DNA of 64,000 nucleotides from Maricaulis salignorans (GTDB lineage Bacteria > Pseudomonadota > Alphaproteobacteria > Caulobacterales > Aquidulcibacteraceae): NCBI GenBank assembly GCA_943372135.1, contig CALRXH020000005.1, positions 51,978 to 115,977 of the forward strand. The letters are read 5' to 3'. A model generated the notes under the pieces. It was not told the origin of the DNA. It was given only the letters and a program-made list of their open reading frames with translations, and ran no database searches. This document shows, in pieces, positions 9,013-19,131 of this stretch (the stretch's first letter is position 1; each line of letters starts with the position of its first letter). Made by a program: the position numbers and the translations under genes.

Positions 9013-10433
9013 GCCAAAAACAACTCAACGTCGATATTTGTGTCATTGGTGCGGGTGCCGCAGGTCTTTCGGTCGCCGCGGGTGCTGCCCAGCTTGGCCT
9101 CTCGGTTGTCCTTTTTGAAGAAGGCGAGATGGGTGGCGATTGCCTCAACACGGGCTGTGTTCCATCCAAGGCCCTGATCGCTGCAGCTAAGACCGCCTAC
9201 GCGATGCAACATGCCAGCCGCTTTGGTATCGAAAATACCCAAGCGGTCGTCGACTGGAACAGGCTCCGCGGTCATATCGACGGCGTGATTGAGACCATCG
9301 CGCCCATCGACAGCCAAGAGCGCTTTGAAGGCTTGGGCTGCACCGTCTTTCGTGAACATGCCGTCTTTATCGACCCGCGCACGGTTGAGAGCGCCTCTGC
9401 CATAGTCACCGCACAGAAATTTGTCATCGCCACGGGCGCAACCGCCTTTGTGCCGCCCATCCCGGGCTTGAGCGATACGCCCTTCCTGACCAATGAGACT
9501 ATCTTCGCCCTAGCAACCCAACCCAAAAGCCTGATCGTGCTGGGTGGCGGCGTCATCGGGGTGGAACTCGGCCAGGCATTTGCCCGCTTGGGCACGCAAG
9601 TGACCGTGGTTGAGGCCATGAGTATCATGGGCCCGCAAGAGCCTGAAGCGGTGGAAATTGTGCGCGCCAGCCTGAGTGCAGATGGTGTAACCATGCATGA
9701 AGGAGCCAAAGCCGTCGCGGTTTCGGGCGATCACGCAGAAGTGGCCGTCACCCTCGAAGATGGCCGCTTGCTCACCGCTGAACGCCTGTTGGTGGCCGTT
9801 GGTCGCGCCGCGCGGGTCGAGAACATCGGCTTGGACAAGGCCAATGTCACCTATAGCCGCAAAGGCATTGCGACCGATGATCGCCTGCGCAGCGTATCTA
9901 ATCCGCGCGTCTGGGCGATTGGGGATGTGGCGGGCAAAGAACAACTGACCCATGCAGCGGGCTTCCACGCCAGCGTTTTCATCCGCAATGCCGTGTTTAA
10001 AGCCCCGGCCACCGCAAGTGTTCCCTATATGCCAGCTGTGGCCTATTGCGACCCGGAAGTCGCCAAGATCGGCTTGAGCGAAGCGCAAGCCCGCGACCAG
10101 TTTGGCAGCGAAGTCACTATCACCAAGGCCGAGTTTGAGGATAATGACCGCGCCCAGACCGAACGGTCTACCGAGGGATTTTGTAAGCTTGTCATTGGCA
10201 AAGGCGGCAAGATTTTGGGGGCGACAATCGTTGGCGAAGGTGCGGGCGAAGCGATCCAGCTGGTGGGGCTCGCCATGGCCAATAAGAAGAGTGTAGGCGC
10301 GATAACCAGCCTGATATCGCCCTACCCAACTCGCAGCGAAATCGTCAAACGCGCGGCAGGTGCCTACTTCACGGCGACCTTGTTCTCGGACCGCACCCGC
10401 AAATTGGTTAAGTTCCTGAAGCTGTTGGGGTGA
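9009..10433 (+). CDS. Pyridine nucleotide-disulfide oxidoreductase (LpdA/MerA-like)
   Basis: GAGAAG FAD motif, GGDCLNTGCVPSK redox disulfide, GGGVIGVE, AIGDV; C-terminal YPTRSE rather than HPTxxE and no terminal Cys-Cys. Confidence 0.88.
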   Translation: MSQKQLNVDICVIGAGAAGLSVAAGAAQLGLSVVLFEEGEMGGDCLNTGCVPSKALIAAAKTAYAMQHASRFGIENTQAVVDWNRLRGHIDGVIETIAPIDSQERFEGLGCTVFREHAVFIDPRTVESASAIVTAQKFVIATGATAFVPPIPGLSDTPFLTNETIFALATQPKSLIVLGGGVIGVELGQAFARLGTQVTVVEAMSIMGPQEPEAVEIVRASLSADGVTMHEGAKAVAVSGDHAEVAVTLEDGRLLTAERLLVAVGRAARVENIGLDKANVTYSRKGIATDDRLRSVSNPRVWAIGDVAGKEQLTHAAGFHASVFIRNAVFKAPATASVPYMPAVAYCDPEVAKIGLSEAQARDQFGSEVTITKAEFEDNDRAQTERSTEGFCKLVIGKGGKILGATIVGEGAGEAIQLVGLAMANKKSVGAITSLISPYPTRSEIVKRAAGAYFTATLFSDRTRKLVKFLKLLG

Positions 10434-10439
10434 TGAAGG

Positions 10440-12065
10440 TTAAGGCGTAACTGCTTTGCGGGCGGCCTCTGCCTCTTTGGTACACAGCCATCGCGTTCGA
10501 TGGGTGTTGAGCTTGTTGTCCACCCAACCGGTCACACGCGGATTGACCAGAGACCGACCTGTATCAAAGAACACGGGCGCAAGGGCCCCATCCTTGACGG
10601 CAAGCTCTTCGGCGTTGCGCAAAAGCTTGGCGCGAACCGCCTCATTCCGCTCTTGGTCTGCTCTAGCTAGCAAGGCATCATAAGCTGGATTTTCATAGCG
10701 ACCGGAATTCATTTCGGCGCTGCGAGACTCGAGGATATAGAGGAAGGACTTGGCATCGTCATAATCGGCATACCAGCCCATATTGGCCAGTTCGAAGTCG
10801 CCGCGCTGGACTTGCGAGTAGTGGATCTGCCCGTCTTGGCCCAAAAGCTCAATCTTAACCCAAGGTGCGATCTGTTGCCACGTGTTCTGCAAGATCGGCA
10901 CATAACGAGGCGTGTCGCCGTTGGTGACATGCGATAAAGTCAGCAATAATGGCTTAGTCGGCCCATAACCCGCTGCGATCAAAAGGGCACGAGCGGATGC
11001 CAGCCTGTTTGACAAGTCGGCCTCGAACATGCCCGCAACAGGTCCGCCACTATAACCCAGCGTATCGGGCGGTACGATGCTAAAGGCGGGCTTGCTTGCG
11101 CCACCGATGATCTTGCTAGCAATCAAGTCTCGATCGATCGCAAGTGACAAGGCCTGCCGGACACGCGCGTCTTTCAGCTTTGGGTTCTTGAGATTGAACA
11201 GCTCATACTGAATGAGGGCATAAGGCGCCTCGCGCACATAGCCCGGCAATTCCTCTTTGAGGATATTGCGGTTCTGACCGGCAAAGGTCGCATTGGTATC
11301 AAGCTCACCGGCCCGCACACTGCGTGCTGCCGCGGCCGGATCTGTGGTTGGGAAGATCAATAGCTTGGTCAAACAGATATTGGCCGCATCGTGAAACAGT
11401 GGGTTCTTTTCCAAACGAATGTAGTCATTTGGCTGCCACTCTTTTAAAACAAAGGCACCATTGCCGACCAAATTCCCCGGCTTCACCCAATCCTCTCCAA
11501 GTTTTTCGATGACATGGCGTGGAACAGGATAAACGAGCCAATGTGACATCAACACGGGCAAAAATGGCGTGGGGTTCGTCAGTTCAATGACGAGCGTTTT
11601 TGGGTCTGGCGCGGACACCCCCAAGCTCGTCGGCGGTGCACCCTTCACATTCACCGCTTCGGAAATTTTGATCATATAAAACAAAGAGGCATAATTGGAC
11701 CGTGTCTTAGGATCCATCAGACGTCGTATCGAGAACACAAAATCTTCTGCGGTAACCGGCACCCCGTCCGACCATTTGGCGTCGCGCAACTTAAAGGTCC
11801 AAGTGAGCTTATCTTCCGAGATGGTCCAGTTTTGAGCCACGCCGGGAACGGGCTTTGCAGCAGCGTTCAAAACAGTCAGCCCTTCAAACAGGCTTTCAAG
11901 GATGCGGTCTTCGGTCACAATGGTGGCGCGGGCTGGATCTAGCGTTAAAGGCTCACCCGCATTGCCCATTCGCAAGGTAGTGGCTTTATCTGACCCCTCA
12001 GTCGTATTGCCGCAGCCGGCAGCGACGAGGAGTAGTGCCAGTAAAGCCAAAATCTTGTTTGTCAT
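10440..12065 (-). CDS. Peptide ABC transporter substrate-binding lipoprotein (OppA-like)
   Basis: Lipobox LVAAGC, EP.TLDP, LFEGLT, WTFKLRDAKWSDGVPVTAEDFVFS, GNGAFVLKEW. Confidence 0.88.
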   Translation of the reverse strand: MTNKILALLALLLVAAGCGNTTEGSDKATTLRMGNAGEPLTLDPARATIVTEDRILESLFEGLTVLNAAAKPVPGVAQNWTISEDKLTWTFKLRDAKWSDGVPVTAEDFVFSIRRLMDPKTRSNYASLFYMIKISEAVNVKGAPPTSLGVSAPDPKTLVIELTNPTPFLPVLMSHWLVYPVPRHVIEKLGEDWVKPGNLVGNGAFVLKEWQPNDYIRLEKNPLFHDAANICLTKLLIFPTTDPAAAARSVRAGELDTNATFAGQNRNILKEELPGYVREAPYALIQYELFNLKNPKLKDARVRQALSLAIDRDLIASKIIGGASKPAFSIVPPDTLGYSGGPVAGMFEADLSNRLASARALLIAAGYGPTKPLLLTLSHVTNGDTPRYVPILQNTWQQIAPWVKIELLGQDGQIHYSQVQRGDFELANMGWYADYDDAKSFLYILESRSAEMNSGRYENPAYDALLARADQERNEAVRAKLLRNAEELAVKDGALAPVFFDTGRSLVNPRVTGWVDNKLNTHRTRWLCTKEAEAARKAVTP

Positions 12066-12162
12066 CCAAATCCCCGATCGCATTCAGACTAGAGGACGGC
12101 GGTTAATACACAAGGGTTCGGAAATGAAGTTGCGAGGGGAAATGGTCGAAGCAGAGTAAAGA

Positions 12163-12188
12163 AGCCCAAGCCATTTCTGGCCTGGGCT
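12163..12188 (-). terminator. Probable intrinsic terminator of the vWA gene
   Basis: Minus-strand hairpin AGCCCAGGCC-AGAAAT-GGCTTGGGCT followed by TCTTT, just after the vWA stop. Confidence 0.5.
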
Positions 12189-12194
12189 CACATC

Positions 12195-14042
12195 TTATTC
12201 TTCGCTTTGGTTTGGCAAGCGTTCCAAGCCTTTAGCGCGCGAGACGAGATCAATGAACTCGTCCCTGAAGCCAAATCGGTCCTCGCCCTTGGCCGCCTTG
12301 GCGATGCGGGCTACGTCAGCATAGCCAAATCCCTTTCCAACCCAAGGATCTTGGCGAAGGAGTTGGGCATATCCTGCCACCGCGACCGCAAAGCGGGTAG
12401 CCTCTGGCGCGCGGTCAAAGCTGGCGCTGCGGTCAGCGTCGGTAATGGGCCGTTCAATCAAACGGGAATTGGCCTCGCCCGGTACTTTGTAGCGCAAGCG
12501 CAATAGGCCCAGCTCCTTGGCCTTACCTGTTGCAGGAGTTTCAGTGGCGGCCCCATAGCGAAGGGGATCAACACTGCCTTGTGCACCAACCGGGGTGATC
12601 TCATAGAGCGCGGTGACTTGGTGGCCCGCACCGATTTCACCCGCATCAACCGCGTCATTATTGAAGTCTTCGCGGTTAAGGGCGCGTGTCTCATAACCGA
12701 TCAAGCGCCATTCCTTGACGCGCGCTGGATTGAATTCCACCTGCGCCTTCACATCATCGGCGATGGGGAACAACGTGCCGCTGATTTGGGTATCAAACAC
12801 TTTGCGGGCTTCCTGAATGGTGTCGATATAGGTCGCAACGCCATTGCCGTTTTGGGCCAGGCTTTGCATCATCGTGTCATTATAATTGCCACGCCCAAAG
12901 CCAAACACGGAGAGATAAATCCCCTTCTTGCGCTGGTCGGTTACATAGCTTTGGAGCGCGCGGGGATCAGAAATGCCGACATTGAAATCGCCATCCGTCA
13001 TCAAGATCACCCGATTGACACCATCTTTATTGTAGTTTTTAGCAGCTGTTTCATAAGCAAGGCGGATGCCCTCCCCGCCAGCAGTTGAGCCGCCAGCTTG
13101 CAGGATTTCAAGTGCACAGACAATGTCGCGCGTCTGGTTCCCGGCGGTGGGTTTGAGCACCACGCCAGCAGCCCCGGCATAAACGACGATAGAGATACGG
13201 TCGCGTCCATTGAGGTTGGGGGCCAACAAGGCCAAGGCGCGCTTGGCCAAGGGCAAACGGTCGTCTGCGGTCATCGACCCAGATACGTCCATTAGCATGG
13301 TGAGATTTAAAGGTGGCCGCTCGCTACGGGGGATATCATACCCTGATAGCCCGACATGCACGATTTGCTTTTCCCCCGCCCAAGGGGAAGGCGCGACGGC
13401 CACGGTGGTGGAGAATGGCAAGCTGCGGTCCTTCGACTTGGCATAGCCATAGTCAAAATAATTCAGAAACTCTTCTACCCGCACCACGTCAGCTGGCGGC
13501 AGACTGCCGTCGCGGACAAATCGGCGCGCATTGGCGTAGGACGCTGTATCCACTTCCATGGCGAAGGTTGAGATCGGATTTTCCGCCGTCTGCTTGACGC
13601 TATTGATGGCCGCAAGAGGATACTTTTCCGTCGATTGGATCTGCGGGGCAGGTGAAGTCTGCGTTCCCGTGACAATAACGCTCTGCCGGGACGCATCAGC
13701 CACTTTACTCTGCGCGGCATAGGATTGAGCTGATACCCCAGCGAGCACAGGCGCTTTAGGGGGCGGGGGTGGTGGCGTTGGCGGCGGTGGGGCCATCATC
13801 ATGGGCGGGGGTGTGGGCATCCTCGCTGGTGCCGGCATGCCAACAGCCATTCGGGTGCGACGCGGATAGGCACCCCCCATCTCTTCGGACGCTGCAGGGC
13901 AGTTAAAGTCGGTTGCATCTGTGGCAGTCGTCCGGCTGACTGTCCCTGCAAACTGGGTGTAGCTAGCCGGGTTTGACCCGCAGCTTGCAACCAAAGCGGT
14001 GAGGGACAGGGCCGCAATGACCCGCTTGGCAGCAGAATTCAT
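12195..14042 (-). CDS. YfbK-like vWA domain lipoprotein (vWF_A N-domain, vWA, DUF3520-like C-domain)
   Basis: Lipobox LVASC, Pro-rich linker, STFAMEVDTASY, MIDAS DVSGSM, GGST.G..GI, LMTDGDFNVG, LIGYETR, GEIGAGHQVTALYEI. Confidence 0.88.
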   Translation of the reverse strand: MNSAAKRVIAALSLTALVASCGSNPASYTQFAGTVSRTTATDATDFNCPAASEEMGGAYPRRTRMAVGMPAPARMPTPPPMMMAPPPPTPPPPPPKAPVLAGVSAQSYAAQSKVADASRQSVIVTGTQTSPAPQIQSTEKYPLAAINSVKQTAENPISTFAMEVDTASYANARRFVRDGSLPPADVVRVEEFLNYFDYGYAKSKDRSLPFSTTVAVAPSPWAGEKQIVHVGLSGYDIPRSERPPLNLTMLMDVSGSMTADDRLPLAKRALALLAPNLNGRDRISIVVYAGAAGVVLKPTAGNQTRDIVCALEILQAGGSTAGGEGIRLAYETAAKNYNKDGVNRVILMTDGDFNVGISDPRALQSYVTDQRKKGIYLSVFGFGRGNYNDTMMQSLAQNGNGVATYIDTIQEARKVFDTQISGTLFPIADDVKAQVEFNPARVKEWRLIGYETRALNREDFNNDAVDAGEIGAGHQVTALYEITPVGAQGSVDPLRYGAATETPATGKAKELGLLRLRYKVPGEANSRLIERPITDADRSASFDRAPEATRFAVAVAGYAQLLRQDPWVGKGFGYADVARIAKAAKGEDRFGFRDEFIDLVSRAKGLERLPNQSEE

Positions 14043-14245
14043 ACAAGTCTTGCGCGAATAGAAGTAAGGGTGGTTCACGATCATGTTGCTTGCCTCCAAA
14101 CGCCTCTTTGAACGTTTGACCCGATAGAGAGGGCGCAACAAGGCCATGTTTGGAAGGCTTCAGGGCAAAATTGGGGCAATTTTAACCAAGAAGCTACTGG
14201 CGCGCAGGCTTGCCGAAGCGCACGCAGAGGCTTAATCGGGTTTTC

Positions 14246-15250
14246 ATGGTTGACCGTCCCGCATTTCTCGACTTCGAGAAACCCATTGCCGATCTTGAAA
14301 AGAAGATCGATGAGTTGAACGCGACAGCGGAAAAGAGTGGCGCGAAAGGTGTGCGCACCGAAGTCTCGAAGCTCCGGCAAAAGGCCAATCGCGCCTTGGC
14401 CGACCTGTATCAAAATTTGGATCCTTGGCGACGCACACAAGTTGCGCGCCATCCAGACCGGCCGCACTTTAAAGATTATGTCGACGAGCTGATCACCGAC
14501 TATGTCGAGTTAGCGGGGGATCGTAAGTTTGGCGAGGATGCCGCCATTCTAGGCGGCATGGGCCGGTTCCGGGGCCGCCGCGTCGTCGTGCTAGGCCATG
14601 AGAAGGGCCGTACGACCCCGCAACGTCTCAAGCATAATTTCGGAATGGCCCGACCCGAGGGCTACCGGAAGGCTGTGCGCTTGATGGATATGGCGGAGAA
14701 GTTTGGGCTCAGCGTCCTCACCTTTGTTGATACCGCCGGGGCTTATCCCGGGCTTGATGCCGAAGCGCGCGGCCAGGCCGAAGCCATTGCGCGTGCGACG
14801 GAACGCTGTTTGACGTTGGGCGTGCCAATGGTCTCGGTCATTACCGGTGAAGGTGGCTCTGGCGGGGCGGTTGCAATTGCCGCGGCCAATAGCGTGCTGA
14901 TGCTGGAAAACTCTGTCTATTCGGTGATTTCACCCGAGGGTGCGGCTTCGATCCTCTACCGTTCGGCCGATCGGGCCAAGGATGCTGCCACCGCCATGAA
15001 AATCACCGCCCAAGACCTTTTGGGCTTTGGGGTGATTGACGGGATTATCCCAGAACCGTTGGGTGGCGCACATCGGGGGCGCGCCAACGCCATCAAGTCA
15101 GTTGGCGATAGCATTGAAAAAGCACTCTACCAGCTAGAAGCCCTAGATGCAGAAGGCTTAAGGGCTCACCGCGCAGACCGTTTCTATCGAATTGGGCGCT
15201 CATTGGTGGACTTGCCTTCAGCCACCGATACACCGACCAAAGCTGGCTAA
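14246..15250 (+). CDS. accA: Acetyl-CoA carboxylase carboxyltransferase alpha subunit
   Basis: FLDFEKPI, QVARHPDRP, GDRKFGED.AI, FGMARPEGYRKA, VDTAGAYPG, GEGGSGGA, YSVISPEG. Confidence 0.97.
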   Translation: MVDRPAFLDFEKPIADLEKKIDELNATAEKSGAKGVRTEVSKLRQKANRALADLYQNLDPWRRTQVARHPDRPHFKDYVDELITDYVELAGDRKFGEDAAILGGMGRFRGRRVVVLGHEKGRTTPQRLKHNFGMARPEGYRKAVRLMDMAEKFGLSVLTFVDTAGAYPGLDAEARGQAEAIARATERCLTLGVPMVSVITGEGGSGGAVAIAAANSVLMLENSVYSVISPEGAASILYRSADRAKDAATAMKITAQDLLGFGVIDGIIPEPLGGAHRGRANAIKSVGDSIEKALYQLEALDAEGLRAHRADRFYRIGRSLVDLPSATDTPTKAG

Positions 15251-16387
15251 ATCCTGCACGAACAGGTCTGGAGCTTCCCAAGCGGCGAAGTGCCCACCAT
15301 GGGGCATGTCCGTCCAATGCTGCAGATTATAGCCGATCTCCACCCAGTCCCGGGGTGGGTTGGGGAAAATGCTGTCACCAGGGAAATTGGCAAAGCCTGT
15401 AGGCACGTCAATCCGCTGACCGGGATTGAGGAAATAGCCACCGCCCTCCTCCAAAACCCCGCGATAGAACCAAACAGAGGTCGCAAAGCAGTCGGTCAGC
15501 ACATAATGCATGATATTGGTCAAAAGCTCCTGCTTGCCAAAAATGGTGTCGAGCGACCCGCGCGAGGCGTCGGACCAGTTTTGAAACTTCTCAACAATCC
15601 AAGCTGCCTGTCCAAAAGGGGAGTCGGTTACAGCCATGGCCAGCAATTGCGGTCGCGTGGTCTGAAGTTGAAAATAAGCACCGCCCATTTGCATCATAGC
15701 TTGCGAATTCTGCGCCCAAGCGCCCCGCTCTGGCGTGTTCAGCGTCGACATGTCCGGGCGCAGCCCCAGCATATTGAGATGAATGCCGCGCACGACATCT
15801 CCATGCTCTAGACCCAGCCAAGCCGTAACCACCGACCCCCAATCGCCCCCTTGGGCGATGAAAGACCTATAACCCAAGACATCGACCATCAATTTGGTGA
15901 ACAACGTGGCCGTGGTTCGCGGTCCGATCGGGCGCGCGGGCCTGCCGGAAAAACCATAGCCAGGCAGACTGGGGATGATCAGATCAAATGCATCTTCAGC
16001 TTTACCGCCGTGCTGGCTCGGAAACGCCAAAGGGCCAATGACTTTGTGAAACTCAAATACCGAACCCGGCCAGCCATGGCTAAGCAAGAGTGGCCGCTTA
16101 CCACCAGCCTCACCCACAACATGGAGAAAGTGGATGTCTTGGCCGTCAATCGTGACCGTAAACTGGGGCAAACGATTGAGTTCTGCCTCGACTGCCCGCC
16201 AGTCATAGGTGTTAAGCCAATAATCCTGAAGCTCTTTCAACCAAGTGGTGGACGCGCCGCGCGACCAATCATCTACCCCCTCATCGGCTGGTACATCTGG
16301 CCATTGGAAAGCCGCCACCCGCCGCTGAACCTCATCCAGCTTGGCTTGCGGGATATGGATGGAGAAGGGTTTCAGACCATTGCCCAT
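15218..16387 (-). CDS. Epoxide hydrolase (EHN domain + alpha/beta hydrolase)
   Basis: LLSHGWPGS, PSLPGYGFS, QGGDWGS nucleophile, GGHFAAWE. Confidence 0.92.
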   Translation of the reverse strand: MGNGLKPFSIHIPQAKLDEVQRRVAAFQWPDVPADEGVDDWSRGASTTWLKELQDYWLNTYDWRAVEAELNRLPQFTVTIDGQDIHFLHVVGEAGGKRPLLLSHGWPGSVFEFHKVIGPLAFPSQHGGKAEDAFDLIIPSLPGYGFSGRPARPIGPRTTATLFTKLMVDVLGYRSFIAQGGDWGSVVTAWLGLEHGDVVRGIHLNMLGLRPDMSTLNTPERGAWAQNSQAMMQMGGAYFQLQTTRPQLLAMAVTDSPFGQAAWIVEKFQNWSDASRGSLDTIFGKQELLTNIMHYVLTDCFATSVWFYRGVLEEGGGYFLNPGQRIDVPTGFANFPGDSIFPNPPRDWVEIGYNLQHWTDMPHGGHFAAWEAPDLFVQDLASFGRCIGG

Positions 16388-16389
16388 CC

Positions 16390-18057
16390 CTAATTCGGCC
16401 AATAGGCAATGGTGTCATCTTTGGTGACCTTGGTTCCTAACGCCCGGTCAATGGCGATTGGACCCTCCAGCGTGGCGGGATAAAGCGGCTTGCGCCCGCT
16501 GGCCTTATGGTCGTCTAACAGCTTGCGGAGCTTAGCCACCATGTCGGGACGGGCCACAGCCAGATTGGTCTTCTCTGTCGGGTCTGTGGCTAGATCATAA
16601 AGATAAACAGTACTGGGTTTTTCGATCACTTGCAGCTTCCAATCGAGATGGCGCACTACACGGTAGCCGTCGCTTTGCCAGAAGATGGTCTCATGGGGAC
16701 GCGCATTGCCTGCCTTGCCTTGGGCATTCGGCAAGATATTGACGCCATCAATCGCAACGCCCTTGGGAAGGGCTGCCCCTGCCGCTGCCGCCAATGTTGG
16801 CATTAAATCAATATGGGCGACGGGGGCTTGCACCTGGGTGCCGGCTGGAATTTTTCCCGGCCATGACATGAACATGGGCACGCGGATGCCCCCTTCAAAG
16901 AGAGAGAGTTTCCAGCCCCGGAAAGGCTTGTTGATCTCTGGCAGCCCAATATAGCCTGGCCCACCATTGTCGCTCGAAAACACGATCAAGGTATTGTCGG
17001 CCATGCCTTGTTCTTTCAAGGTCGCGACAATCCGGCCTACACTGCGGTCTAACGACACAATCATCGCCGCATAAACCCGTTCGCGCTCGGAGCTCATCGG
17101 CCCCACCGCATCATAGTCAGACTTCGTGGCCTGTAGGGGCGTATGAACAGTCCAATGCGAGAGATTGATAAAGAAGGGGCGGTTTTTGTTAGCCTTGATG
17201 ACTTCAATCGCTTCATCGGTCCAATAATCGGCGAGATAGCCGCGCGGCTTAAACCATTCCCCGTCATTGTAGGAGGCCGCATATTCCATCCGTGCCCACA
17301 AGAATTTGTCGATCGGGTCAAAATCGAGCTTGGCATTGACGGCATTGGGATCATCTTCGGGCAAGTGAAGGCCGCTAGCCATCAACAGGCTTTCGTCAAA
17401 CCCTTGGGCATTTGCCCCAAACTCCGGGCCAAGTCCTGTGTGCCACTTGCCGATATGAACGGTGTGATAGCCGCGCGTCTTCAAGACTTCGGCGATGGTC
17501 ACTTCTGAGCCCGGCAGGCCTTGCTCGTCATACTTCGGCATTTCGGCCACGCGGTCGGCATGATAAATGGCGGGCGGCATGCCACTTTGTCCCCGCATGG
17601 AGTCCGCCACCATTTTCACGATCCGACTCATACCGTCTGGCGTCGGGGTAAATTCAAAGCCTGTGCGGGTTGGATAGCGCCCTGTCATGATCATCGCGCG
17701 CGACGGCGCGCAGCTGGCCGTGCCTGAATAGGCCTGACGGAATGCGACGCCCGAGCCGGCCAAGGCATCGATGTTGGGGGTCTTGATTTTCCCATTGCCG
17801 AGGCCGCCGCCAAAGGTCGAGATGTCATTATAGCCCAGATCATCGGCCAGAATAAAAATGATATTGGGCGGACGGTCGCCAGATGTGGTCTCGGCAGCAG
17901 CCGGGCCCTGCATCCAGGCAATAGGCTTGTTTTCAGGAATATCGGTGCGCTTTTGGGAAGCAGCCAGCGCCAGAACCAAATCCACGCGCTTCACATAGGC
18001 CAGTGCCCCTAAGCCTAAGATGGCAACGAGGCCACCCAACAGGATTTTCTTCATCAT
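16390..18057 (-). CDS. Formylglycine-dependent sulfatase, N-terminally anchored
   Basis: NIIFILADDLG, CAPSR signature (SCAPSRAMIMTGRY), GKWH, SSDNGG, EGGIRVP; hydrophobic N-terminus. Confidence 0.92.
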   Translation of the reverse strand: MMKKILLGGLVAILGLGALAYVKRVDLVLALAASQKRTDIPENKPIAWMQGPAAAETTSGDRPPNIIFILADDLGYNDISTFGGGLGNGKIKTPNIDALAGSGVAFRQAYSGTASCAPSRAMIMTGRYPTRTGFEFTPTPDGMSRIVKMVADSMRGQSGMPPAIYHADRVAEMPKYDEQGLPGSEVTIAEVLKTRGYHTVHIGKWHTGLGPEFGANAQGFDESLLMASGLHLPEDDPNAVNAKLDFDPIDKFLWARMEYAASYNDGEWFKPRGYLADYWTDEAIEVIKANKNRPFFINLSHWTVHTPLQATKSDYDAVGPMSSERERVYAAMIVSLDRSVGRIVATLKEQGMADNTLIVFSSDNGGPGYIGLPEINKPFRGWKLSLFEGGIRVPMFMSWPGKIPAGTQVQAPVAHIDLMPTLAAAAGAALPKGVAIDGVNILPNAQGKAGNARPHETIFWQSDGYRVVRHLDWKLQVIEKPSTVYLYDLATDPTEKTNLAVARPDMVAKLRKLLDDHKASGRKPLYPATLEGPIAIDRALGTKVTKDDTIAYWPN

Positions 18058-18084
18058 GACGTCAGTCTCCCCCAAAATATTGTC

Positions 18085-19131
18085 TCAGTTCGCATCGAAT
18101 AGGGCTTCACATCCTGTGCCCGACAGGATCGCGCGGCAAGCCGCGGCATCTGAGCCAGACAAGGACTTTGCATGATCTTTCAGCCAAACCAGACATTTGG
18201 CCTGATAGGCAAAAGTTGGTTGTGTCCAAGCCCGCCCATCAATCATGGTCTCAAAACTCGTTTGGCCAGCTTGGGCGGCTTGGGCATTGGCGACTAAGAA
18301 TGGCACATACACGCGGCCAATCTCAGCTAGAAGCGGCGCGAGGCGGGTTTGCGCCTGATCTCGCGTCAGCCAGTCACCATCTTTAGGGTCGAGGCCCGAT
18401 AAGTCTTCCATCCGGTCGATCCAGGCGCGCAGCCGCGGCGTCCGTTCAGCACATAGCGCTGCTGGGGTAGGATCGACGACACCTAATTGGGTCAACTGAC
18501 CATAAAGGCCGAAGTCACTGGTCCCGGGTCTTGCCCCCATCACAAAGCCAGCTGGCTGGATCAAGGCCTCCAGCACGCCAAGCAAACGCTCATAGGACTG
18601 CTCGATTGTCGCAGCCGTGACAGCATTGGAACCCACGACATAGAGGCGATCAATCTGGCGCTTGGAGATAAAGTCTGAGGCGGCCTTGGCGTCTGCGTCC
18701 GGCGTCGTGGTATCATGCCAGAACACCAATTGCGGCCCCGCATGGGCAATATCGGCTTCGCGCGCCCAGCGATAATGGAACATGGCCTTGGTCAGCCATT
18801 CATCGGCAAAGTCTTCGATCAGATGATCGAGAAACGCGATAACCGGATCGCTCGGCACCAAGCCGCGACCCGCATATTCCTGCTCAAGCCGCGCCAGGAT
18901 GGGGGTGGAATCAACTTGCGCTTCATAACCGCCATCGGCTTGAGGAAAATAGACGGTCGGCAGAAGCTTCACCTTGGCCTCTGGAAAGCCCGACATGGGG
19001 CTGCGATGACTGCCCCAATGCAGGGCATAGGGAATGTGGCGATAGCGCAAGGCCGCAATGACTTTGCGGGTATAAGGCGAGCCTGCTGCCCCTAAAACAT
19101 GGAGGCGTGACAGGGCTGGAGCATCAGACAT
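18085..19131 (-). CDS. Glutathione S-transferase family protein
   Basis: GSPYTRKV N-terminus, LLP.V..P, DSTPI, EDFADEWL, DFGLYGQL. Confidence 0.82.
   Translation of the reverse strand: MSDAPALSRLHVLGAAGSPYTRKVIAALRYRHIPYALHWGSHRSPMSGFPEAKVKLLPTVYFPQADGGYEAQVDSTPILARLEQEYAGRGLVPSDPVIAFLDHLIEDFADEWLTKAMFHYRWAREADIAHAGPQLVFWHDTTTPDADAKAASDFISKRQIDRLYVVGSNAVTAATIEQSYERLLGVLEALIQPAGFVMGARPGTSDFGLYGQLTQLGVVDPTPAALCAERTPRLRAWIDRMEDLSGLDPKDGDWLTRDQAQTRLAPLLAEIGRVYVPFLVANAQAAQAGQTSFETMIDGRAWTQPTFAYQAKCLVWLKDHAKSLSGSDAAACRAILSGTGCEALFDAN

Noticed and set aside
9009-10433. Mercuric reductase (merA) or true lpdA call
   Set aside because: No C-terminal Cys-Cys, no NmerA domain, no mer genes; it also lacks the HPTxxE dyad and any 2-oxoacid dehydrogenase context.
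15218-15250. 33-bp convergent overlap of accA and the epoxide hydrolase as antisense regulation
   Set aside because: Short 3' overlaps are common in compact genomes, and nothing else supports a regulatory role.
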